Source: a virus
Length of the DNA: 64,000 nucleotides
Reading direction: 5' to 3' (one strand)
Virus record (IMG/VR): IMGVR_UViG_3300042197_000820
Location: 64,020-128,019 of that record
Shown here: one piece after another, positions 1 through 9,508 of the stretch
How positions within the stretch are numbered: position 1 is the stretch's first letter
Layout: the number at the start of each line of letters is the position of its first letter
Notes under the pieces: generated by a model
Database searches by the model: none
The model's input: the letters and a program-made list of their open reading frames with translations, nothing else
What the model was told of the DNA's origin: nothing
Made by a program: the position numbers and the translations under genes

Positions 1-653
1 GCATTATTGGCAGTTAATGAGACAAAATATGTTGCGATTCCGTCGTCGTCTATTGAGCTAGCTCTTGCTAACCCTTGTCCACCTTGAGCCGTTGGAGCAT
101 AGATGCTTCCAAGATCGTTATGCATTCTAATAGCATATTGAGTTTCTTTCAATGCTGGTGGGAGTTCAATGGTAGGAGGTTGAGCCGAGTTGTCGATACC
201 TTGGTCTAGTCTAACAAACTTAGTTCCCTGTGAAGGGTTAAATCCATTAAGAATACCGGTTTGGTTTTGCAAGGATGCGTTTGTAGAAGTAGTATTATCT
301 ACAGTAACAATAAAAACATTACTTGTATGTCGTTCGTTCTGAACATCCAACTCGTTCAACTTTAACACAGGTAGATAGAAAAGGTCAAAACGATTAATAG
401 ACATAAGCTTAGATTTTAGGAAAGATGAGTTGTTCGTAAATGATTCAAGGATTGGAGTTTGTTTAATAGCCAAATCATAATAAGCCGAACCGCTTGGATG
501 ATTAGCATTATACAGACTATAATCTATTTCGTCATCTCCAAGAGCAAAAGCTGTGATCTGAAAACTACCATCACCTCTTGCTAGTCTCATACGCCCTACA
601 TCGGTCAATACGGCGTCTAATATAATATCGCCTGAGTTATCTAAGAATGCCAT
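1..653 (-). CDS. Truncated structural (baseplate-associated) protein; runs off the left edge
   Basis: Not in the ORF track. ATG at 653 follows GGGGAG; it translates MAFLDNSGDIILDAVLTDVGRMRLARGDGSFQITAFALGDDEIDYSLY. The N-terminus resembles the 8283..9476 protein. Confidence 0.8.
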   Translation of the reverse strand, partial: MAFLDNSGDIILDAVLTDVGRMRLARGDGSFQITAFALGDDEIDYSLYNANHPSGSAYYDLAIKQTPILESFTNNSSFLKSKLMSINRFDLFYLPVLKLNELDVQNERHTSNVFIVTVDNTTSTNASLQNQTGILNGFNPSQGTKFVRLDQGIDNSAQPPTIELPPALKETQYAIRMHNDLGSIYAPTAQGGQGLARASSIDDDGIATYFVSLTANN

Positions 654-670
654 TTTATCTCCCCTGCATT

Positions 671-678
671 ATAAGTAG
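671..678 (-). promoter_or_regulatory. Putative phage promoter motif CTACTTAT
   Basis: Intergenic, 18 nt upstream of ATG 653; one of about 10 copies of CTAnTTA. Confidence 0.6.
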
Positions 679-711
679 TGTTATCAATAAATAAAATCTT
701 CTCTGCTCAGA

Positions 712-2790
712 TCAAACCACTCTAGTTGTTGGGCAGTTGTCTTTTGGATCCTCGATTGTAGAAGTCGGTGTGACGTTAATATCTAACATTTTTCCAGTGT
801 CAATCGAAGTAAATCTTACCTTGAATCTCTTACCCCATACTGGGTTTTCAATCGATTTTGTAAGCTTTAAGTTTCTGACGGCATCTCTAGCAGATTTAAT
901 ACCCAACTCATCTATCAGTTCAGTAGCTGCTGAGTTGATATCTGTCTGGGTTGTTTGCAATGACAACAAGAACATCCTACGCATTTCAACTTTATCAGTG
1001 ATTAACTTAGGTATGTCAAAGTCTACAACTCTAATAAATGGGAATATAGCACCACCGTCATTTATCATCTGTACTTGGAAAATCTTTGAAGGATTTGAGA
1101 TGTTTTTATTTATATCGACTGTTCTAAATATATAGTAATAAACTTTATTTGGAACTAAAGTATGTTCTTCCGATATTCCATTTGAGTAGGTCTCTCTATC
1201 AATATCTCTTATAATAGAAGTATTTCTATTCGTGCTATATTTACCTTGATAGTTTTTAAAGGTAAATCTAGTCCCATTAGCAAAGTCACTATATGTTTTA
1301 GGATGAAAATCTATTCTAAATCCTTCATAGTAAAGGACTGTAGGATCTCCTTCAAAATCAAAAAGTGCATCTGGTTGGAGTCCTCTAGAGCTAGCTAAAA
1401 GTTGAATATACGAAGTATCCGTGGAAGTTATTGGTATGAACTTGGTAGTATATCTTCCTGCCATAGTGTTGAGATTAATCAAAATTTTATTATCAACGTC
1501 CTTAAAAGGTATAAACTGTACGTCTGGAGCCACTGGTAGCTCTGCGTTCACTTTACCAGAAGCAAAGAAATATGGCACCTCGTAAATCATCGGTCTCGCT
1601 ACAGTATTAGCTAAGAAAGATATTTTACAAGTTTCTTCCTCTTTAGGAGGGCACTCACATCCTATCTTGATTTTGTCCTGTACTGGTCCCGGAAAAGAAT
1701 TTATTGGATATTTTGAGGGATCGCAAGCAGCATTTTTAGAATCTAGTTCCATAACACTGCTGAAAAGTACCGTGTTGCTCTCATAATCTATCTGGAATGG
1801 GTTACTAGTAACAGTAACGGCTCCAATCCTTTCTAGCGTTCTAGCAATGGAGTTGGCCATTCTGCGATACATAGAAGACATCCTAACGAATGGACCACTT
1901 TTATTGAGAATGCTAAGTAGCATAACAAAATCTGCTCCATTTATTGAAGCAACCTCTGGGAAAAGAGGATCTGTAGTAGAAGGTAAAGTGGCCCTAAACT
2001 GATCAAAGAAATCGGTGATTAAGGCTGAAGCTTGTTGGGAGTTAGGATCAATAGTTGTATTTCCTTGATTATATAGAATATTCAAGGATTCAACAAATGC
2101 ATTTTGCAGTTGTTGCAGATCTGCCAAGGTCAAAGCGTTGAGAGATAAATCTATCCCTTGAGATGCTAAGATGTTTTCTATTCTTTCTCTGATTAACTGA
2201 TCCTTTGGATCCGGTAATCCATAACGTATGCTTTTGTCCAATGTAATAGAACTGACCACCTTACATGGGTCATTTGCATCGTCTGAGCAGCTACACAGCA
2301 ACCGAACTGTTATACAACCATCTTTCACATAGTTAATCAGTTTTGTGAGAAGGGAACTTATTGCTATCTCATCAAAACCAGCATTTTGCATAGTGCCATC
2401 TAGACAGCTATTAAACATCTCAGTAAGAGTAGAGTTAGCTCCATCTGGACCTTGTACCGTCAGAAGATTCTTGAGTTCTGTCGGTATATCTAAAAATGGT
2501 GTAAGATTAGCTGTTGTTAGCTCTGGGATCAGTGGATTATCCAATATTGGTCTTCCATCTGGACCTAGCGTAACAGAACCACTATCACCAGAAGTTTTAC
2601 CAACACATCCATAAGGATTTATCATAAGCATTAGTTTTAAATCTTGTGTATTTGGAGCGCACACAAAACTATAGTCTAAAGCTGCGGACTTCAGGGCAAA
2701 ATCATATGCCAAATCGTATGTTAATCCAGATTGTAATCCAGATGCATAATAAGTTGCCATTTTTGTTATAAATTCAATACCTGAAGCCAT
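712..2790 (-). CDS. Putative virion structural protein with a C-terminal beta-sandwich (FN3/Ig-like) region
   Basis: 692-aa ORF in the baseplate operon; the segment LVPNKVYYYIFRTVD..N.SNPS resembles an FN3 tyrosine corner. Confidence 0.5.
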   Translation of the reverse strand: MASGIEFITKMATYYASGLQSGLTYDLAYDFALKSAALDYSFVCAPNTQDLKLMLMINPYGCVGKTSGDSGSVTLGPDGRPILDNPLIPELTTANLTPFLDIPTELKNLLTVQGPDGANSTLTEMFNSCLDGTMQNAGFDEIAISSLLTKLINYVKDGCITVRLLCSCSDDANDPCKVVSSITLDKSIRYGLPDPKDQLIRERIENILASQGIDLSLNALTLADLQQLQNAFVESLNILYNQGNTTIDPNSQQASALITDFFDQFRATLPSTTDPLFPEVASINGADFVMLLSILNKSGPFVRMSSMYRRMANSIARTLERIGAVTVTSNPFQIDYESNTVLFSSVMELDSKNAACDPSKYPINSFPGPVQDKIKIGCECPPKEEETCKISFLANTVARPMIYEVPYFFASGKVNAELPVAPDVQFIPFKDVDNKILINLNTMAGRYTTKFIPITSTDTSYIQLLASSRGLQPDALFDFEGDPTVLYYEGFRIDFHPKTYSDFANGTRFTFKNYQGKYSTNRNTSIIRDIDRETYSNGISEEHTLVPNKVYYYIFRTVDINKNISNPSKIFQVQMINDGGAIFPFIRVVDFDIPKLITDKVEMRRMFLLSLQTTQTDINSAATELIDELGIKSARDAVRNLKLTKSIENPVWGKRFKVRFTSIDTGKMLDINVTPTSTIEDPKDNCPTTRVV

Positions 2791-2793
2791 TTA

Positions 2794-4887
2794 TCACCTT
2801 CTTCTAGTTCCGCCGTAAGTTCCACCACCTATTGGGGGTGGCGCAGGGGGATTGACATTTGGACCACCTAACGGAGTATTACCAGCTTGGAAAGTAGGAA
2901 CTGGTGAGCTTTGTTCTATCATTCCAGTTGGGGTAGTTGTTGGGGTAGCTGGGAGTGGATCAAAATCCATTGTTCTCTCAACACATGGTAAGTTCATATT
3001 ACCTACGTTCGTATAATAATACTCATTCTCTAATACTATTACATAAGCTGTAACCAAATAAGTATAATACTGATTATTTTTAATCTGAGAATCGACATAG
3101 TTTATAACTTGTTCTTTGTCATTATTAAAGAACCATATCTCTTGTATCGGTTCTGAAGATATGATACTTTGGATTGAACCGTAGAGTGTGAAGTCAGTTA
3201 TTTCATTCATCGAAGCAAAAGCTGGGGCCGAGAAGGCCGCGTACTTGGAGATCTTATAAGCCATTACCTCTTTGTGGGGTTGGGCACCTTTCAACAACTC
3301 AGGGTAAGAGCGGGTATATTGTTTTACTACATTTGTAACTTTAGCATGTAAGGCCGTTGTAGCTAATGCATATGCAGCAAATGGTGTATCAGTTCCAGAA
3401 GTAGCTTTTGCAACCCTTGTCTGTTCATTAATGATGCTAGAATCTAAAGGTAGATAATCTACCACAGAGGTAGCTGGTGCCATACCTGTTGAAATATTTT
3501 TGATTCTTTCGCCTATTTTAAGAACCCACTCATAATATTCCCAAGATTGTAGAGTGGCGTCATCTTCTTGGACTAAAGCGGATATATAAGAACTATTTCT
3601 TTTTCTTTTACCAAGCGTCTGTTTATAAACATTGAACTGAGATTCTTGTCTTATTGAAGGGGTCTCTTGCATATGTCTCATAGCTACGCCTTCAAGTCCT
3701 ACTTGTTGCATTGATTCCGCTAAAGGTCCAGTTGCTTTAAGCGGAAAGTTGATCTTAGCATAATATGGCACTAGCTGCTCAAACGGGTAAAACTTATTTA
3801 TTAATGGTAGCGTTTCGGCTAAAACATACAGAACCTTACTATCATTTTTGTAGTTTCTAAATAACAAAACTAGTTTTTGTTCAAAGCATTCTAGTTCTTC
3901 TCTAAGCGAAACAATGACTGGATTTACTTTCTTATTTAGAATCGCCTCATAGTAGTTAAAAAGTTTTGTCTCTCCTCCAATCGCGTTAAGACCAAGCTGT
4001 GGTGTATCACTAGCAATATACTGATCATATGTTTTGGCTTCATAGTTATGAACAAACTTAACATCGGCATTTAAAGTAAAATCTTGTTCTGATCCGACAG
4101 CCGCTTCAGTTTCCAGTAAAGTAGCTATTTCACTATCAAAATAACTATCCCTATATGTTCTAACTTTGTAAGATAATCTCGCTGGTACCTGTACTTGTAC
4201 TGCTCCTATACTCGTATCAATAGCAGTAGTTAGTCTGGTAACAGCATCCGTTAAGGCTTTGCCGTAGGACAAGTAACTTAAGTCAACTCCAATCTCTGCT
4301 AGTCTTTCAGTTGTAGGAAGACCGGCATCAGATATAAGAAGGACAGTTAGTGGAGTTACTGCGCCTACTCGTTGTACGGTTAGAACATTATTTTGATCTG
4401 CGGGGTTAAGGAATGTAAACCCAGATTCAATATCTTGTATTCTTAAAGGATCAAATCCAAATACTTTGTCTATTACAAGGTTTGGATCTGACATATCGGC
4501 ACCGTAAAGGTAACGATACCAACAAGGTGTACAGTTTGGGTAAGGCCCAAAGTAAGCCTCATCCGCCTGTAGAGTAATCGGAGTGCTGTGTATAACAGAA
4601 GGTATATTCTTTAATGTGCTAAAGGTGTGAGTTTTACCGAATCTAATCTTAAAAGGGAAAGTTTTATTTTCTTGAAAATCAAGATTAGCTTTCTTTACGG
4701 TTAAAATCGATTCTTCTATAACTCGACCATTCGGTAGCCTAAGATACCAATAGTTTCCTATAGCTTGTCTAAACCTATCTATTTCTGATCTGGCAATAAA
4801 GTTTACTCTACTATCAGGTGGAGGCATAGGCGGAAGCTGTCTAATATTATTCTTATTAACAAAAATGAACTTTTGAGTTATTTTCAT
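2794..4887 (-). CDS. Putative virion structural protein with an FN3-like C-terminal region and a Pro/Thr-rich tail
   Basis: 697-aa ORF; YVDSQIKNNQYYTYLVTAY motif; low-complexity C-terminus PATPTTTPTG...PPAPPP. Confidence 0.5.
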   Translation of the reverse strand: MKITQKFIFVNKNNIRQLPPMPPPDSRVNFIARSEIDRFRQAIGNYWYLRLPNGRVIEESILTVKKANLDFQENKTFPFKIRFGKTHTFSTLKNIPSVIHSTPITLQADEAYFGPYPNCTPCWYRYLYGADMSDPNLVIDKVFGFDPLRIQDIESGFTFLNPADQNNVLTVQRVGAVTPLTVLLISDAGLPTTERLAEIGVDLSYLSYGKALTDAVTRLTTAIDTSIGAVQVQVPARLSYKVRTYRDSYFDSEIATLLETEAAVGSEQDFTLNADVKFVHNYEAKTYDQYIASDTPQLGLNAIGGETKLFNYYEAILNKKVNPVIVSLREELECFEQKLVLLFRNYKNDSKVLYVLAETLPLINKFYPFEQLVPYYAKINFPLKATGPLAESMQQVGLEGVAMRHMQETPSIRQESQFNVYKQTLGKRKRNSSYISALVQEDDATLQSWEYYEWVLKIGERIKNISTGMAPATSVVDYLPLDSSIINEQTRVAKATSGTDTPFAAYALATTALHAKVTNVVKQYTRSYPELLKGAQPHKEVMAYKISKYAAFSAPAFASMNEITDFTLYGSIQSIISSEPIQEIWFFNNDKEQVINYVDSQIKNNQYYTYLVTAYVIVLENEYYYTNVGNMNLPCVERTMDFDPLPATPTTTPTGMIEQSSPVPTFQAGNTPLGGPNVNPPAPPPIGGGTYGGTRRR

Positions 4888-4899
4888 GTTAGAACCGCT

Positions 4900-7800
4900 T
4901 TAATGAATAATCTTTGAGTAGGCAACTGGAGTCCCGCTCTTATAAGTAGTCTTTTGACTCATTATCGATTGCAACTTGTCATCTATAGCTTTTTCAAGAT
5001 TTGCCATAGCCTTTACACTCGTATCATTCATTGGTCTAACTAGATTGGGATTGCTTCTCAATGCCTGCAATAGAGTATCAGATCTAACAACAAAATACTC
5101 ATTGTATATTACGCTCTCAATATAACTTGGATTCAATCCTATACTTTCATTATAGAGGGGTAATATCCTACAAAACAATATTTTATTTCTTTGTAATGCA
5201 TCCGATGTCATATCATTCCATTGTAAAGATCCAAGATTGTCTGGTCTTATAGAAGCATATTGTAGTTTAACCACAATACCAAATAAATTTTGAAGCAGTA
5301 TCACGTTTGACGGATTAGTTAGTTCTCCAAATGTTTGAACAAACTGATTGAACTTGGATGCTGGGAGGTTTCTAAGCTTGTATGCTTGCAAGGGTGGTGG
5401 TAAGTCGGAAAGGCTAGCGGCATCTATATTTTGTCCAAGTGTTACCAGATCTGTTTGACCCAGCTTAGTGATACCATTTACTACGATGTCCTCTGTGCTA
5501 CTAAGAATATTATCTAGTTTACCAGAGTAATCAGTAGATTGCCTAACGCTATTTCCAAATGTATTGATATTATCCTCTTTGAAAGAACCGTGATCGCGCA
5601 GATATACGTCCGCAAGATCGTAAACATTATCTGATTCTATATCTGACGAACTGAAACTAAAATCATTTCCCGCGACTTGTATCGAGGCAGGGATATTAGA
5701 AAGTGACTCAAGTATCGTAAACAAACTAGATTTCTTAGTTGGCTTTCCCTGTGCTGCAACGTTTGTCTTTTTTACTTTTTCTTTTAATACAGCATCGAAA
5801 CCGGGAATAGATGAGAAATCGATTATTTCATCTACACCTATGATCCTGTTAGGTGTAAGATAAAAGCTAGTTTTTTCTTTAATCAGAGATTCTGTTGGCC
5901 CAAATCCAGTATCAGCGTTCCAAAACTTCCTAATCTCTTGAGCAGACCGCTCCGAGAGGTCTTTACCTGATAGGAGAGTGTTATCTTTCGTTCCATTAGC
6001 TGTAGTATTAATGAAATCCACTCCTACATCGGATTTCCTATATAAAATCTGCGACTTTAGAGATGTAGTAGCCAGAGAGTTTCTTCTTCTTAACTTAGAA
6101 AGTCCCCCCGAAGATTTAGAAACTTCTACCAGAGTATTCGTTGGATTTCCCGAAGATAAAAGTAAATCTTTTAGTGTATTTATTAAAGTATGTAAAACTT
6201 TAAAAAACATGTTATTTTTGTCGGTTGATGAGCGAGGATTACCTAGATTAATCATATAATCTAAATATCTTGCTGAGTTGAACCCATCATTTGGCAGAGC
6301 TTTTAAAATCTTGTTACTTAAGGCTAATACATTTTTGAACTTATCCTTAATAGTTGTAAGGATTTTTTGTGAATCAAACTTCCCATCTTTTATAGCTTTG
6401 CGATTAATCGACAGGTTTTCATAAAGCGATTCTAGTTGTACTACTGCATTTTCTAGCTCGTATGTATGAGATTTCAAGAATATTACAGACGGATCTTCAA
6501 ATACAAAGTCTACTCTGTATGCATATTCGCCTGATGTATAAGATCTATCTAGAATCTGTAACATTCTTACATCGCGAGATATACTCGGGAACTCCCTGAA
6601 CTTAGACAGAAATGTAGTGTTACCGTTCTTGTCAACAGTAGTATCGTCTGGTAATGGGTTTTCTTTATAGTATGTGTTTTGTCTTAAGAATGAAACTCGG
6701 TTCCTAGGACGATTACTCCTAGTCTCATTAATCTTTATATCCTTACTAGAATCTAGAAGGTCTAGTTTGTAAAACTCAGCAGATGATATTGGTTGGTTTG
6801 CATATATATCACCAAGTTGTAGGTTCTTGATGAACGAGTTGTCGGATATTAGTTTTGTGTGGTTGTACAACAAAAACATTGAAATAGAATCTTGGGAGGT
6901 ATTGGTAGCATAAAACTTGTAAGAAGCATCGGTATTATCAACGGTTGAGTTGTATTTGGCAATGCTATCATATATATTATTTGAACAAAAACCTATTATT
7001 TGATTGTAAATATTAGAATTTTGAACGTTTCCGATAGGAACTACTACTCTTTGAACTGGTACTGGAGATAGTGCTGTGCCCGGTTTGAAAGTGGCAAATC
7101 CTGTCGGTGTACTTTGTATTGGCAAAGATGTAACTTGCTGTCCTCTGGTACTTTGGCCCAAAGAAACATATGTTGTTCCTTTTGTTCTAACTTTACCATT
7201 GTGGACCACTATCAGTTCCTTTATGGGACCAGTGTATACACCACTTGGTAGACTAAAATTTGGTATCTGATAATGCTGGTTAAATGTTAACTCATCGAAT
7301 CTAATAAAGTTAAATAATGTAAGATGTTTAATATTTTTTGGTATTTTGAAACTGAACTTTTTCTGGAACTGATAAGCTCTAGCTATTTTTGGCATGACGG
7401 GCAAGACGCCGCCGACAACAGGTTCTGCTCTTGACATCACTATTGGATTCACAAAGAGTGAGCCATTGACAAGAGACTCGACTTTATCAGTAGTCATATC
7501 CATGAAGCTCGTTTCTTGTAAGTAAGCTCCCGGTTGTCCTGCTTCAAATTTAGCCTGTAATACGGGTATAGAAGAGTAAACTTGATCGATCATGCCTCCT
7601 TCCACCATCTTGGTTATTAATGGATCCGTGCTTACCAACAAACATAGAGTATAGAACTGCTGTGGACTATTTGTTGGTGAATGGCAACATGTATCACACT
7701 CGGGATCAAAGAAGACTTTACCCTTCGGTGGAGGAGGAGAAGTTTGTAAAGAACCGGGATACGGACTAGGTGGCAAAGGAGATGTAGCTGGATTTCCTGT

Positions 7801-8292
7801 TATTGCTGGGATAGGACCAGGATTTATTGGTGCTGTAGCAATACCTGCTGTACCAGTAGATTGATCTTCTGGTAATAGGCAGCTTACTGTAGTAGGGCTT
7901 GAAGGAGTGGTATCAGCAGTTGGAGTTGAACCAGTGTTTACATCAAAAGTCCCAAAAGGATTTTCTAGAGTATTGCCGTTAGAGGGTGGAATAAGTGTCG
8001 GACTTCTAACTATGTCTTTAGTAGTAGAATCTGATTCTTCTTCATTAACTCCTTCGTGATCATTTGTATTGCCACTATTATCATTGTTACCAGAGCCTTT
8101 TACTAGATCTTCATAAGAAGTCAAGCCGTAGCTAGAAACTTCACCAGATTCGTAAGTGGAATCGGTCAAGACTAGTTCAACTTCTAATCTTTCATCCTCC
8201 AGTTTAACCTCGCCAATATCCGACAGATCAGATACGCTGTTAGTAGCTAAACTTTTACCAGTTCCCGAGTCAAATGCAAAACTTACCGGCAT
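4900..8292 (-). CDS. Large hypothetical virion protein with a Pro/Thr/Ser-rich N-terminal linker
   Basis: 1130-aa ORF overlapping the upstream gene; located in the structural operon. Confidence 0.6.
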   Translation of the reverse strand: MPVSFAFDSGTGKSLATNSVSDLSDIGEVKLEDERLEVELVLTDSTYESGEVSSYGLTSYEDLVKGSGNNDNSGNTNDHEGVNEEESDSTTKDIVRSPTLIPPSNGNTLENPFGTFDVNTGSTPTADTTPSSPTTVSCLLPEDQSTGTAGIATAPINPGPIPAITGNPATSPLPPSPYPGSLQTSPPPPKGKVFFDPECDTCCHSPTNSPQQFYTLCLLVSTDPLITKMVEGGMIDQVYSSIPVLQAKFEAGQPGAYLQETSFMDMTTDKVESLVNGSLFVNPIVMSRAEPVVGGVLPVMPKIARAYQFQKKFSFKIPKNIKHLTLFNFIRFDELTFNQHYQIPNFSLPSGVYTGPIKELIVVHNGKVRTKGTTYVSLGQSTRGQQVTSLPIQSTPTGFATFKPGTALSPVPVQRVVVPIGNVQNSNIYNQIIGFCSNNIYDSIAKYNSTVDNTDASYKFYATNTSQDSISMFLLYNHTKLISDNSFIKNLQLGDIYANQPISSAEFYKLDLLDSSKDIKINETRSNRPRNRVSFLRQNTYYKENPLPDDTTVDKNGNTTFLSKFREFPSISRDVRMLQILDRSYTSGEYAYRVDFVFEDPSVIFLKSHTYELENAVVQLESLYENLSINRKAIKDGKFDSQKILTTIKDKFKNVLALSNKILKALPNDGFNSARYLDYMINLGNPRSSTDKNNMFFKVLHTLINTLKDLLLSSGNPTNTLVEVSKSSGGLSKLRRRNSLATTSLKSQILYRKSDVGVDFINTTANGTKDNTLLSGKDLSERSAQEIRKFWNADTGFGPTESLIKEKTSFYLTPNRIIGVDEIIDFSSIPGFDAVLKEKVKKTNVAAQGKPTKKSSLFTILESLSNIPASIQVAGNDFSFSSSDIESDNVYDLADVYLRDHGSFKEDNINTFGNSVRQSTDYSGKLDNILSSTEDIVVNGITKLGQTDLVTLGQNIDAASLSDLPPPLQAYKLRNLPASKFNQFVQTFGELTNPSNVILLQNLFGIVVKLQYASIRPDNLGSLQWNDMTSDALQRNKILFCRILPLYNESIGLNPSYIESVIYNEYFVVRSDTLLQALRSNPNLVRPMNDTSVKAMANLEKAIDDKLQSIMSQKTTYKSGTPVAYSKIIH

Positions 8293-9476
8293 CCTGTACC
8301 TCCTGCGTTATCTTGACATCCCGGTGTTGTACTGGTAACTCCGGGAGCAACTTCTGCTACTACCATTTCGTTAGGATTGTAGCTTAGATTACGATCTGGA
8401 CATTCGATATCATAGTCTAATCTGATATTATTGCCCTTTGCTATTGCACCGTTAGCTAAAGTGCAGACTAGTTCGTCTGGTATCTGTCTATCCAACTGAA
8501 CGTTGAAATAGTTCTCGACTAAATCAGACTGCTGCGTATTATATAAATCGGTGTTCTCATTTCCATAAATCAGGTTAGATTGCAAAATATTTATTCTTTC
8601 TGTGGACAAGGAAGGTTTTAAGAATCCATTCTCGTCAACATCATCGATAGGACTTATCATCTGTAGCTTTTTCAGCGTATAACTACCACTATCTTGAACA
8701 TATTCAAATATTTCTACATTAAAGTTTTTGTTTTTGTACTCGACACCCTCTTGAAACAAATCTAATGCTATAAAGTTAGATTCTAATACTATCCTGCTAC
8801 CGTCTTCAAAAACTGGCGTTTCTCTCATCGAGTTATACAATGAAGTAATATTAGTGTTTGTTTGTGTTTCTCCTAGTTTAGAAACAAAGTCGGACCCAGA
8901 TGGTACTATTGAAATAACATTTTTAAGCTCTACTTCGATTTGTGGTATCTTGAGATATCCATACTCTGTTGCATAACTGTTGGCCGAAGACGAGATGTTT
9001 GATCTAAGCATGGTTAGATCAAAAGACGGATATCTGTCAGTTGTATTTCTAACAGTACCTATTTTACTTCTTACTAAATGTTGCAGTTCTCTGGTTTTTT
9101 GAGAGTATCTGGCATTTTTTGCCATTAGAAGTTGTATTTTATTTTCTATTTTGGTGTCAACTTCTGTCATCGAGTCTAAAGGATCTAAATATACATTTGC
9201 ATTATATTCGGTAGCTGCATCGTATTCTGACAGGTATGTTTTAGCTTCTTCAAGACGAACGTGTGGTTTGAGATAGATTGTGTTGTCAACGATTCTACCC
9301 ACTATATCTTTCTGTTCTTCTGTAGTAAGACCACCGTATGAACCATCATATAGTATTTCATCATCTGAAAACGAGTAGTACACTGGTTTAAGCTTTCCAA
9401 TAGAGTATAAATATTTACCCCATTCGGTAAGTTCAATATCTATTACTTCTTGTTTATCGTCAAAAAACTGAGCCAT
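8283..9476 (-). CDS. Baseplate-associated structural protein, paralogous at the N-terminus to the 1..653 ORF
   Basis: IDIELTEWGKYLYSIG...SFSDDEILYD aligns with LDAVLTDVGRMRLARG...ALGDDEIDYS. Confidence 0.55.
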   Translation of the reverse strand: MAQFFDDKQEVIDIELTEWGKYLYSIGKLKPVYYSFSDDEILYDGSYGGLTTEEQKDIVGRIVDNTIYLKPHVRLEEAKTYLSEYDAATEYNANVYLDPLDSMTEVDTKIENKIQLLMAKNARYSQKTRELQHLVRSKIGTVRNTTDRYPSFDLTMLRSNISSSANSYATEYGYLKIPQIEVELKNVISIVPSGSDFVSKLGETQTNTNITSLYNSMRETPVFEDGSRIVLESNFIALDLFQEGVEYKNKNFNVEIFEYVQDSGSYTLKKLQMISPIDDVDENGFLKPSLSTERINILQSNLIYGNENTDLYNTQQSDLVENYFNVQLDRQIPDELVCTLANGAIAKGNNIRLDYDIECPDRNLSYNPNEMVVAEVAPGVTSTTPGCQDNAGGTGCR

Positions 9477-9488
9477 CTTGCACCTATA

Positions 9489-9496
9489 CTAAGTAG
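9489..9496 (-). promoter_or_regulatory. Putative phage promoter motif CTACTTAG
   Basis: Intergenic, 13 nt upstream of ATG 9476. Confidence 0.5.
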
Positions 9497-9508
9497 GGTC
9501 CAGACATA

